A DNA stretch of 64,000 bases, from assembly GCA_965153285.1 (NCBI GenBank), contig OZ229120.1. One strand, 5' to 3'. Numbering within the stretch: position 1 is the first letter of the stretch; each line of letters opens with the position of its first letter. A model generated the notes under the pieces. It saw nothing but the letters and a program-made list of their open reading frames with translations, was not told where the DNA came from and made no database searches. The position numbers were made by a program, and so were the translations under genes. Of this stretch, positions 36,351-49,100 are shown piece by piece. This DNA comes from Podarcis tiliguerta (Eukaryota).

Positions 36351-39297
36351 GTAAGTCTGTATGCAACTTTTCCCAGTGGAATTTTGTGACATGTGAACAC
36401 AGAAAGCTTTTAAATTCTTATACAAAAATATTAACTTATTTGCAATAGAAAAAACTTGTTTGACACAACCCAAGATGCATTGTACAACTTGATTTGATAG
36501 ATTCATACCACACTGAAGTGTGCTGTGAAGCAACTACAAGAGTCTTGCATAGGTTTTGGAATTGTATTTAACTTTTACTCAGTAGACCCATTAAAATGAA
36601 TGGGCATTACTAGCTTAGGTATATTAATTTTAAACTAAGACTTAGTGGAATGTAACCCTTGATGGTTTTTGCCTCACTGAATAGGAGTATATTATGGTGC
36701 TGCCACAGAAGGTTCCAGAACTTTGTTGGTGATAGCAGGTTGAAAGTTTCTGCTCTTATGTGCAGTGAAGTGATAACTTGGTATCAGGATACCCATGTGT
36801 GGATGTGCATGTATGTTCAAATGAATCATCATTTGGATCTACAACAACCAAATGGTTGCAGACCTAAATAAACTGGTATGTGTGAGTCAGCACACAATAA
36901 TTATGTTTCCAAAATGTTTTTTGGATAATGTTTACTTCTCATAAATTCTAGTCCACTAGGCCCAAATTACATGTTAGAAGTCAGATTACTACTACATTCA
37001 TTCTTTTAAGTGTAAAAACATATATTCCGGTGGGGGTAAATGGGGAAAGAAAAGCAGCAAGTTCTACTGTTTTAAATGCAAGTTGCATATAAAATCTTGG
37101 GGGTAAGACAGGCAATGGGTAGGAGCAGGGAAAGGGTTGAACACAGGTCCTTGCTTTGTCTGAACTCTGTTATCCCCAGTAAAGGCTTGGAGGTAATTCC
37201 CTTTGACCTTGCTGCCTGGTAAATGGATTTTAGGATTGCAGCCTTAAAGGCTATTGAGCTACAGTTAGCAGCTATTTACATACAGTGCATAGTTTGGAAC
37301 TTGTCAGTGAAGATATTGCACAAATAAATGTTCAAATACTTTTTTAAAAGGCAGAACCCTCTGGGTGTTTCATATGTAAGCAACCTAAGACACAAGGTTT
37401 CTTAAAATATTTTATTCCCTTATTTAATTTTTTTAAGAGAGGTGCATTCCTGAAAACCTCTCCCCTTTCTTAGACTAGGGTAAATTGCAAGAAGGGCAAC
37501 ACAATTGCCTGTTTCGGAGAATGTGGTCCCATATCTTTAATCAAGTGACTAACATTTGTTATAGTAGCTGAAATTTCTATAGTATCCCATCAGCTGCTAC
37601 TTTTATGTTCCTAAGAAGTTCTGAACAACCCCTTATACCATATGGAAAGCTCTTTGTTTATTAATTGAAAGGCTTTTTCAAAAGACGGTTTATAATATGT
37701 CATGGCAGATGGGGAGTACATATTGTTTAAAGAAAAGGATCTTGAATACAGCTAACTTAGGTTTTCCAGATCCCAGCATCTTGCCAGTTGTGGGGAGTCA
37801 AAGCACTTTGTATGAGTGGTAATTGGTTTAGATGCATAGAATAGTAGAAATGGTGCTTTACAGCTAGTTATTTAATCAGTTTCATAGAACAAAAATGCTG
37901 GTTGCAAAAAAAAAAAAGGGGGATTCTGAAAATCAGATAACTAAGAGAACTAAATTATTTTTTTCTTAGGCCACAACAGCTGTAACAGGCTTTGGGTAAA
38001 GTGCTTACTTTATATGTGTAGTGTTAGCGGGCCAATAACAAGTGCATTTAAATAAGACTGGGTGTATGTGGAACACCTGTGACTTACACAATATCTGGTT
38101 TTGCCCTTGAAACATTGGACTACATGTTATCCTATCAGGAGTTTCTTGAAGCACTGACTCACTCCATGACTTTCCCTGCCCTTCAGGAAGGAGAAAGAAC
38201 CCCAGAATAGCACTTTGCCTGGAGAAAGGAGTCATGGTTGGCCCTAGGTAACCCAAACTCCTGCTGCTAACTCATTTTCTTTTTCAGTTGAGTAGTTGAC
38301 TCTTTAATAACAAATTTCCTCTGCTTCTCTCCTGATTAAACAGTTTAAGCAGAAGAACCATAACAAACAGTACAGCAACATAGTTGGAGATAAGAAGCCC
38401 ATTCTAAGTCATTTGATTCACAGGGGCTCATCTTACCATCCTGGGGAGATAGGAAAGGCAAGGTGAGCCAGTGCTTCCAGCGCCCCTCTTTCTTTCTTTT
38501 TCTTTTTCTGTTGGGATTAGATCCTTTAGACTCCCATAGCCTTTCCTACCCACAGTCATAACTGGCTGTTTCAATTGCAATAACATGTAGCCAGGCTTTT
38601 TGTTCCAATTTATTTTTTAAAAGAAGTTCAACAGTTAGGACTTGGAAAATGAATGCTGGTCACTCAAGAGCTGCCTTTTCAAAAATGCTAATTCTTTCCT
38701 TTGTTAACTGTTGTGTTTCAGGTAGCAGATATCAAAAGGGTGAACAATCTTATTACAGATCAGGACTTCTTTGCACTACGAACTATTAAAATTCCAGTGA
38801 AGAAGTTCAGTGTATTGACTGAGACACACAGCTTTCCAAAAAGCAGGCAAGCTTCAAGATCTGCCTCTACTTTGTACTCTACAGAAACCCCAGATGCATC
38901 ACAAGCTGCTGAGCCATTCTCTACAGAGACTGTTGGTAACTTTCTGAAAGAAGTAGACCGTGATATAGAACAAATAGTGAAGTGTAATGCTACAAAGAGA
39001 GAGAATCTTAATGAAGTTGTTTCTGCCTTATCAACCCAACAGTTAAACTTTGAACCAGACGGTAAATCCATAAAGCGGAAAGATCCTCATTATGGAGCAG
39101 ACTGGGGAATAAGATGGTCAACAGCAGTAGTGATAATGGTAGTGGTGGTAATAATAACTCCTGTTTTTTATCTTTTATACTATGAGGTTTTAGCTAAAGT
39201 GGATGTCAGCCACCATTCTACAGCAGAATATACTTCAGTTACAGCACCATCTCAGCCCAAACCACTAGAAAATGGAATAAATCACCCTATTTCATGA
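36081..39297 (+). CDS. LYSMD3: LysM domain-containing protein 3; 2 coding exons, 281 aa
   Basis: The join 36081-36350 + 38722-39297 gives a LysM domain ([28 protein letters not shown]) and a TM helix ([23 protein letters not shown]); synteny. Confidence 0.97.
38722..39297 (+). CDS. LYSMD3: LYSMD3 last coding exon
   Basis: tttcag|GTAGCAGAT (VADIKRV...NHPIS) then TGA. Confidence 0.96.
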   Translation, partial: VADIKRVNNLITDQDFFALRTIKIPVKKFSVLTETHSFPKSRQASRSASTLYSTETPDASQAAEPFSTETVGNFLKEVDRDIEQIVKCNATKRENLNEVVSALSTQQLNFEPDGKSIKRKDPHYGADWGIRWSTAVVIMVVVVIITPVFYLLYYEVLAKVDVSHHSTAEYTSVTAPSQPKPLENGINHPIS

Positions 39298-41455
39298 TAA
39301 CTGAAATTTTTGCTTTACATGCTAAAGTCTTTGGCAATCATTCAATGTGTTCTGCAAAGAAAAAAGAACAACAGGTCCTGTGTGGAGTTGGAAAGTAGCT
39401 ATCTTTGTGGTGGCATTTAATAAAAACTCTTGCAGAGGGTATGGAAGACGTCACCTTTCAATGGAAAAGTTGTTGCCAAGTTCAGTGTGAGATTGTTGAT
39501 TGAATACCAATTGTCTGGATCTGCCAAAATATGTGGAGCTGGCAAACTTCCACTAAGTGAAAGTACTTTCATTGCAGCCAGAAAACTATGAAATGGTTGT
39601 CTTTAGTCTGGAAGTAAGCTAGCTTCCTGTATTATAAAAGATAAACCATTCTCTTCTAGCATGGAATATAATACAAATCATGAAGGTAGGGGTTTAAAAC
39701 AGTTTAGCTTATCAGATATGCAGAACAAGTACAATGCTCTGTTGATCTAACATACACTACATGGACTATGATATTTACAGTACCTTTTCATGAGAAAAGA
39801 CCGATGAGCTATGAGACTAAACTGCACTTGGCATGCAAACATCTGTAACAGTGTACTGATACTGTTACTGCTTTTAATAACAGCTTTGGGAGGGCAAAGC
39901 TGTTGAGCAAGGAAGGATATTCTTAAACCATTCCCTACTTGTAATCTTTCTGCTTCCAAGCGACTCCCCTAAGTGCTGTTACTATTGAAGAGTTCCAAAG
40001 GTGCAAATGTACATGTAATTTGGTGCAGGAAAGTGGCAATGTCTTCTCCCCTACCCTTTAAATGAAAAGGCATTGGAACCCCAGTGGGCACTTTTTGCAG
40101 GGAACAGTTACCTGGCGTGAAAAGAGGTTTTAAGCCTTGCACCAGCTCTGGGACTCCTAGGGATGCTCTCTTTCCCCTTCACCTGCAAGGTGGCTCCAGG
40201 ACTTTGACTATGTGTGAGGTTTGCATATATGCCTAACCCTTGGAAGTGAACCCCTGTGTAAAATGAGGGATTACTCATACAAACATGTGACTCACATGTC
40301 TAAACTGATTTTTATTGCAGTAAACAGGGCTGTATCCAGTGTTAGTAATACTCCAAGTAAACCATTTGAAATTGATTGAAATTGCATTACATTAATTAAG
40401 GTGGCTCTGCCCTGAGTAGAATGTCACTGAATAAAACCATTACTTAATGCACTTGACTACATAGAATCAGCTAACGGCCCCCTAAATTGTTTTCCTCTAG
40501 CAAAAAGGAAATATTTATGTTATGCAAAGCATACTTAACCATGAAACCATGATGCCTTCTCATGTCATATTAACCTGCAAAGTTGGAGTTTTGCTAATAA
40601 TAATACTAAAAGGCAGAGAAGCAAGCTAACACAAGTTGTTGAGAAAAATAGAAGCCAGGTTTTTTCTTAAGCAGTTCTTGGTTATTTTGAATATATTCTA
40701 GCATTCTAGTTTAAAAGTTCCACAGAGAACTCATGCAGTAGAAAAAATGGCCAAGTATTAAAAAAAAAAACTGCTATTTGGGACTACAGTAATTGAAAAT
40801 TAGTGAAACACACATTCCCATAATCCTAATTTAATATGCCCCTTATTTATACATAAATGTTTCCCTCTTTTTTTTTAACAGTAAGAAGTATGCTGCCAGC
40901 CTGTGCAATACATAAGTTTGCTTCCGCATATTTTTAGATGTGTCTTCTAGAACAGGATTTTGGCTGCAATCTGAAGCTTCCCACCTTTTCCTGGCAGGAA
41001 GCACCACAGAATTCATTAGGACTTACTTCTGAGTAGACATGGTTCAGATTGTCATGTTAGTGTATTTACATGACATGTAATGCTAAAGTGTACATCATGT
41101 ATATGGGGTAGAACTTTGTAGTCTCAGTCTCCAACTCCAGCCTGAACAGAAGGTCAGTCCACTTGTGCATGGACATATGCAGCAGGAATTCCAACAGGCA
41201 GGACCAATATCTAAAGAAAGTATTCTTCAGGCTAGAATACAAGTTTGGCACTTAAACTGTCATAATAGAATGCCGCCACACATCTTCACATCTAGTCACT
41301 ATAGCTAACGGCTCACTCTTAAATTCTCAAAAGCAAGTTACTGCTTTATATACACTTGCTAGAGAACTTGATAATGAGATGATTATGATTCAGGCAGTAT
41401 CTAAATCTCAGCAAGTTTTTTGTGTATGAGAAAGCTTCTTGGACTTGATGTTAAG

Positions 41456-41721
41456 GAGGGCTGGGCAATATCTGGTTTTAAACATCACAATATATCACCA
41501 GCTAAACATCGCAATATAACAATATATCAGTGTCTGAAAAAGGATGGAGCTGTGCAGAGGTATTGGCTGGCTTCATGGTTTTTCCCACGTAATTTTTGCA
41601 TAGCACACACATATACATCATGATTCACAGTATATTGCCAGGTCAAAAACTATGAAACAGATATCATGATATGGACTTCCAGCTGGTTTTGGATGATATA
41701 TTAATATATCGCCCAGCCCTA
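41456..41721. mobile_element. hAT (Ac-like) MITE
   Basis: TIR agggctgggcaatat / atatcgcccagccct; 8-bp TSD atgttaag/atgttaac. Confidence 0.85.
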
Positions 41722-42260
41722 ATGTTAACTATTCATTCCTTTAGATTTTCTAGGGTGTATCCATATATTAGGGCAGACCATAAGAAAACTATTTGGAGTT
41801 AATTATGTTGGCTTCGTGTATAATTGCTTTCATAGAATTAAGTTTTAGTGCTGTGCCCTTGGCTTTTCTGGATGGCCACTCTAAGATATAACCCTTGGAA
41901 CAGTGTTTCTGTGTGTTCTGGAAACTGGTAGTGAACAGTGTCCTCTTAACATTACCCATGGTCCTATATATAAAGATCCTTCTGAAAAAATACCTGTCTT
42001 GAGTTTAGCTGCAGGGAAATGTTTGTTGCATCAAGTGAGTTTGTGTGCTTTTTGATGTTGGACAAGGAAAATTTTATGTTGGCTGCAGGGAAATTAAGAG
42101 CCAAATCTGTGGTTGAACTCTGAATGTATTTTTTTTCTTTGTTATGGTTTATAGCCGAACAAGTAAAGGTGTTGCTTGACAATATATAGTTGTAGTAAAA
42201 TATTCACATGTGTGAAATGATGGCAGCAGAAATCTTTATTATATAGACTCTTTATTTTTC

Positions 42261-42266
42261 AATAAA
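42261..42266 (+). terminator. Candidate distal poly(A) signal of LYSMD3 (others at 39419 and 40430)
   Basis: AATAAA with T-rich upstream sequence and GT/T-rich downstream sequence. Confidence 0.45.
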
Positions 42267-45200
42267 AGCCACAGAAGCAAGGTATTTACAACTTATTTTT
42301 AAAGTTTGGTTGTAATGTGGTAAATAGCCCTTATTTTTAAAACTGTGCTATGGAGTTCCAAAAACAGAGTATGTTATTTGTAGGGAAGATACAAGGTTTA
42401 AAATTTGAACAAAATCTCTGAGGCATAGGCACGTTCATCAGTTGCAGGAAAAACATCACTGGCCCAGCTCACATGCCATGCTAAAACATTCTCTTAGTGT
42501 TATGCTCAAGTGGGAATCATAGTTTGTTTCACACCAAACAAACCACAATTGGTAAGCCAATAACAAATTGTAGTTTGTCTGAAGTGAAACCAACCACTAT
42601 CCTTGCTTTGGATGTAAGGACAAGTGATCAGAGTTTGTTTTTTGGAGCAGCCAAGATTAGTGTGTTCACAGTCAACCATTAATTGTGGATTGCGATGATG
42701 TGTGAATGATTCCAAAGTCCTATGGGATTCTAAATGCTTAAAAATTTATTATAGCGGAAGCTTTTGTGGACCACACAGTTAATGTTATCAGATTCACGAA
42801 GCATTATTCTGAATTACTAGTATTCATCCCTGGATGTGGTTGCTCTGTTTTATTGTGACTCGCTTATGGAACAACACCAATGCAGTTGCTTTCTGCATGT
42901 GCTATTCCACTTTTTCTTTTAATGAATTTATAAGAACAGGGGTGCTTAGCCATCTGGTTTTGTGTTTTAAAGCTCCCTTACCATCCTTAATCATGCGTGA
43001 AAATATCTGAGATGTACTTCATGAAATTCCTCAGTTCCCCATGGGAAAGCTGTGAATTTCATTGGCTTTAAAAGAAATGGAGAAAAAAATATCACTATCA
43101 CTATGCAGCCCAGCACTGTATATTACCCCTTGGATGTGTGGCTGGGTTTGGACTGTTTTGATGTGGTGTTGGGTGTAGCATCTCTTGAGATTATCATCCT
43201 CCTGGATTAGAATGAGGAAACAATGGAATGTTGCTTTCAATAGGGTATTTATTGGAAGAGGGTCATCCCCATTCATATTCTGCTGCAAGTAGTCACACAA
43301 ATACAATTCCCCCCCCTATATGACTATGGCTGGATCACAGTTGATGTGGGCAGCAAAAAGAGACAAGAGCAGCATAGCAGGATCCATACAACTGGATAGA
43401 CTGCTTCATCTAGCGAAGAACTATATCTTAGGTGACCCCAGCGACTGTTATACAGGCCTTTAAAAAAAGACACTCTAAGCCACTAGCTCAACTTTTTCTG
43501 ACCCAGGATCCACCTTTAACCCAAGCATAAATTTAGGGGCTAATTAAATTTTTTTTAAAAAAAACACCCATATATTTGTATGGTGGCGGTAGTGGTACTC
43601 TTGCAACCCATCTTAGATCAGGCTGTAACCTATAGCGGTTCCTGACCCACCCACTGAAGATCAGTGCTCTAAGCAATCAGTTTTGCATGTGAATTCAAAT
43701 GAAATGACCTGAGGGAATGGAAAACAGCAGGAAAAGAAAGTTGCAGATGTGCCACTTCTGATTATTTTGGGGGTGGGGGGGTGGGGGGTTAAAGTGTTGG
43801 GTAAAGTGGAATACCAAACACAGCCAAGTGTAGAAGAGTTCTAAACATAAAAGGGGAAATTATAGACCCAACTAGATTTATTAAAATTCTCTGTCACTTT
43901 TTAGATAAAACTTGCAAGGCAGCATGCAGTAAAATTTCTAAATGACCTACACTTGAACTGTCTACACATCACAAAGACTGGTTGGTGTACCACAGCTAAA
44001 TCATTTTTGTGGTGATAATTTGAACTGAGGCATCTGAAAAATTATTGTCAAATAGTGAAAATAATAATCAGCATAGTATTATGTACCAAAAATACTACCT
44101 TGGACTTTGCTATAGCTCAAGGATCTGTGCCTTATTTCTGCAATTTAACTATGCTAAACCTGTTTCTTTTGTGAAAAAGTGAATAGTGCAGTCATGAAAT
44201 CGAAGGTCTGTTGAAATATCACAAGGAGGACCTGCTTGTTTTATTAAAGACACTGATTTATTTTCTGTGTATGGGTCTTAAAGTAGCTTTAAGAAAAAAA
44301 GTATGTTAAAGCACTTCATATGTGCTGTTGGTGTATGTATTTCTCTTTTCAAAAACAATGTGGCAGAAATGAGTACTTTGTAATCATGTGTGGTGAATCT
44401 ATGGTTTGGCAAGGATAGAAAAAGATAATCTAATGTTCCACAAAATGGATTATTGGATTATTATTATTATTTTACTGTGCATTATAGTGGTTCCTATTGA
44501 CAAATCTAGCTCAATACTAAAGTTGTCCAAGCCTCATTTATTTCAGAGGGGACTTCTGCCTACATACTTAGGGTTACAGTAGTAAATTTTAAGAATTCTA
44601 CCAAAAAAAAAAAAAGAGAAAATTATTTAGAATACGGTCACCAGATTTCTAAATACAATCCATGGTTGAAGAGGGAAATTGGCTCCTAATCTGTGTATTG
44701 TACTATGAAACCACGTGAAATGTTTTTACCCCTGGATTGGTTATTCAAAGGAACACTGCCACAAATGTTCTTTACATAATTAAGCCGTTTATAAAAGTTT
44801 TGGAATTTATAAGATCCTTATGGCAAGAATATATTTTCTTTTTGAATTCTTAATTCCAGAAAAATACAAATAAAGAAATATATTTTTAATCCTGTTTAGT
44901 GATCAATTGTTGTACCCTATGGATATTCCACACTAATCCAAAAAGCTGCTTTAGCTACAGCAAAGGATTTTGGCATGCCCATTTCTATGTTCTACTGTGA
45001 AAAGCAGACTCCAACACATCAGAGGTGTCAAGAGGGGATTCTTCTGCAACATGTTTCTTGTGCAGCAGATCTCCTAGTCCAAATTTTATTTCATTATTGA
45101 TTTAAGGTGTTTATATATACACTACTGTTTTTCAGGCACACCCTGAAGCAGTGTGAAGCAGTTTACATAAGATTACATAAAAAGATTACATAAAACTAAG

Positions 45201-45693
45201 CATTGGGTTTTGTTTTGTTTTTAAAAAGCTACAATGGAAAAGACAACAACTGTATTTTGGAAAAGTACCTGGGATGACATTTGGAAAAGGGAGGGGCCAC
45301 TACTGGAAGCTGGATGGTAGGATATATAGAATTAATTGTGCTTCTTTAAAAAAAAACCTTTTAAGCAGGGATATAAGAAGTACTATTACTATTACTGCTA
45401 TTTTATTTACTACCATAATGTTTCTTGGAAGCACTGCAAGACTGTCATTGTTGGTGAACTTTTATCAGACAGCAATAAATCAGTTCTTGCCATTTGAGTT
45501 TTGGTTGTCCTGTAACTGAACTGGAAGTTCAGTAAGCATTTTTATATTATTATTCAGGTGGCCTTACCAAGTACTGTTTATCCAAAGCTCTTGTGATGCT
45601 GCAAGGGGGCAACCCTTTATTAGAAAGCAAGCTAACCTGCAACTGCATTTTATCACACACTACTACACCAGATCCTGTTTTCAGTAAACAGTT

Positions 45694-45699
45694 TTTATT
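45694..45699 (-). terminator. Candidate poly(A) signal of POLR3G (another at 45616-45621)
   Basis: TTTATT on + (AATAAA on -), about 400 nt after the stop codon. Confidence 0.4.
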
Positions 45700-46104
45700 A
45701 TTTAAAGGCTAGATTTTTATACTTCAGTGCACACTTTTCTCTTCCTTCCCCACAACATAGTTTCATAAGCAGTGCAAAATGATATGGTACTCTGCACAGG
45801 CTAGCTCAGTGTTGTGTTGTCAGGCACATAACATTTCTGCAAATTAGTTCAGGATAACAAAGCATGGTCTATATAGGACACATCTGAGTGCTTTAGCATG
45901 CCGCCAACACAATCTACCATTCCATCAATTGGAAGTGAATATATAGCCTGCTTCGAATATTGAGTCAACATACTCCCATATTGCAGCAAAATGAGAGTTA
46001 ATCATCATGGTTAATCCTCTGAAATTACATTATTTCATAACTAGAGGTAACTCAAGTGCGTGTTCAGACTTTCCAGCTGTATTTCCCAGCTACTCAAAAC
46101 AATT

Positions 46105-46191
46105 TCAGTAAGTTGCTTCATCCATGTCATCATCACTGCCTGCTCCATAGTCATCTCCATCTTCAAAATAGGAAGCAATATAGTCGTTCTC
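46105..46191 (-). CDS. POLR3G: POLR3G last coding exon
   Basis: tttag|ENDYIASYFEDGDDYGAGSDDDMDEATY then TGA; 87 nt. Confidence 0.95.
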   Translation of the reverse strand, partial: ENDYIASYFEDGDDYGAGSDDDMDEATY

Positions 46192-49100
46192 CTAAAGGAA
46201 ATAATATTAGATACTGTAAATTGCTACGTGCAAGAAGTACAGTCGCAGATACTTCCATGTGTTTATATCAAACCTTATGTAACTGGCAGAAATCAATATT
46301 ACACATGCAGCAAATAAATATAGATCCCAGTGAAACATGTGATAGTAGTTGAAGGCAAAGTGATTATAAATATAAATGCTTGTGTTAACAACACATCTAA
46401 TTTAAATGTTTTTCAGTCACTTTTTACATCCATGCCCTCCATTCCTAAATGAATTTTCCTTGGTAGCCAATTGATTTCAATGTAATGTACTTTCAATTAA
46501 GTGTGGTTAAGACTACGGCCATAAAGCATTTTCAGAAGTGACACAAAAAGCAACCCCCCCCCCAATCCTTCTGTTGACAATACAATATACAGTAGAAAGT
46601 GGAAGAAAGCTGCTTTAAAAAGTAAACAAGATACAGATTGATATGGTTCTTTCATTTGGTTCTGCAATGAAAATACATATTATTGTTAACTGTAACATAA
46701 AGTGCGAGGGATGGAAACATCTTATGGAAACACCATACTACTTACGATGGGGAATCTGCAGCCCTTCAGATGTTACTGTACTCCAATACCCATCAGCCCC
46801 AAGCAGCATGCACAAGGGCCAAGAAATGATGGGAGCTGTGGTTCAGCAGCGTTCAAAGAGCCACAGGTACACCAAGTTTATTGTACTTGCCCCAATCATG
46901 TATAATGTCAAGAAAATAATTATTGCCACCATCTTGGTCTCTACATAATTTTATTTGTTAAGAAAACCAATACCTCTTCGTGCTCTTCTTCCTCATACTC
47001 CTCTGGCTCTCCCTCCTCCTCTTCCTCTTTATCTTTTTCTTCCTCATCTGACTTTTCTTCGTCTCCTTTCTTTTCTAGCTCCTGGGAAAGGTTAGCAAGA
47101 TGTCTGTCACATCATCTGAACTTCCAGCTAAGTTATTTTTTATTCTTGCTGGTCAAATAACGAACGGATAGGTGAACTAAGCAAAGAACTCAAGGATTTT
47201 AGAAATAGCATGATTATGACATAATTCTTGGACATAACTGTGATTTAATTTCATCTCATCACATGCTACTTATTTTCCAAATGGGGAATGAATAACCCTT
47301 AACAGATTTGTGGTATCCCTTTCCAAAGTCCCTTACTCAAGGATCAGGAAAAAAATATGAATTACGAGGAAGCACACCCAGTGGAAAATCCAGAAACCTT
47401 ACAATTTAGATAAGAGAAAGTGGCTTAGTCAAACTTAGGGTAGACCCACTGAAATCAATAGTGCTTAAAATACTGAAGCCATGATTTCAATTGGCTGGCT
47501 TCAACACAATGGTTTGTGTTCAAATCTTTTTAAAAAATATTTTTTAATATTTGAACATGCCAGTTGGTTGTTGTTTTTTATTTGCCATTCTGTCACATAG
47601 CATAAAATTGCTCAAGGCAACCATCAGTTAAGGCAAACAAGAACTCCTTGCAGTTATGCAAAGGTGCCCTAAATTATGCATAAGTTTGTCATTCCCCCCA
47701 GCCCAATGAGTTTTATAAAGCCTAATCTACTTTTTACATTACTGTTCACAGTGGAGACATACTAGCAATAGTGACTACTGCTGAGTAATAAAACCTAAGA
47801 AGGTAAAGCAGAGTAAACTCTACCTCTATCTTTTTCAAAACATCCACATTAGTTTTTGGCGTTGCAGTTTTTGCTTTCTTCGGTTTTCCACCTGCTGAAG
47901 AAAAATCCTCTTACCTTAATACTCTTCAAACGCAGTTATAACAAACTTTACTCATTATGGAAGTGAAAAAGCTCCCTGTTTGCAAAGAATGAATCAGGAA
48001 GAATTTACTATACCAAGAACCAAGTTCACCTGTGGAAATCCCAGGAGTAACTTCATTTGTGTTAGACTTGGGAAGGAGGTGTTAATGACACACACACACA
48101 CACACACACACACAGAGGGAGGGAGAGAAAATAACAGTGTAACTTACCTGACAGTGGCAACTTTTGTCAAATGCTTGTAAATTTCAGGATTACCAGATCA
48201 ATCCCTTGCAAAACCAAATGCCTGTTATTTTAAGGTTTTGGTTGTGTGTTTTAAAGTATTCTCTTCTCTTTTCTATGATCCAACAACCAATCACCCCCTT
48301 CTCATTACAATTATAGCACAAAATAAGGCATACTGAACAATATTGTTGGTCAACAGCCCAAGAAAATATTTTTACTCCTAAGAGGCATGTTACTTAATAT
48401 TACTTAATATGCATGTTACCTTTTTCAGTCTTCTTCTTTGGTTTCAGCTCTCTTGGGAGTCTTCTCCAGTCTTCACAAAAGATATATTCAAGTTTTAGTT
48501 ATTTTTAATAGTTTATGCTCCTTCACGTTAAAGGTATTTCTATGACCAAAGACATTTTATTCAGAACAGTAGCAAGACTTTCCCATCCTGGCGCTTGCCA
48601 GTGGAGATCATGGGGACTGTAGTCCAACAATTCAGGGGCGTAGCGTGGAGGGAAAGGCCCCATGCACTTTTTTCTGGGGGATCCTGCTCATGCCATCGTT
48701 CCAGCCCTGTGCCGCTTTGCGAGGATGGGATCGGATTTGAATGCTTTGCTGGGTGAATCATTTCAGATCAGATCCCAGCATTGTAAAGCAGTTTGAGGGT
48801 GGCAGGGTGGCGTGAGACAAACGCAACAGCCATGCGCCCTTCGATCGCAGCCTTACAAATTGAGGCCCAAGATGGCGACTGGTGTCTCAGTTCCAGCTAT
48901 CAAGCTTCTGTTTGAATGTGGATAGTATCATTACTTGAGAACTGGCAATGCTGAGAAAAGGGAATGGCAGAAGTTTGATATGTGAGGTATTTACTGAGAA
49001 ATATGGCCCTCAGTATTTTGTACCTAGCTCAAGATGCACATTTTGACTGAGAAGACCCGAAATGACTCAGGGGAGTCAACATATACTAGACCAGGGAGGA

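Noticed and set aside
46060-46352. Plus-strand ORFs over the last POLR3G exon
   Set aside because: Antisense shadows of the real exon.
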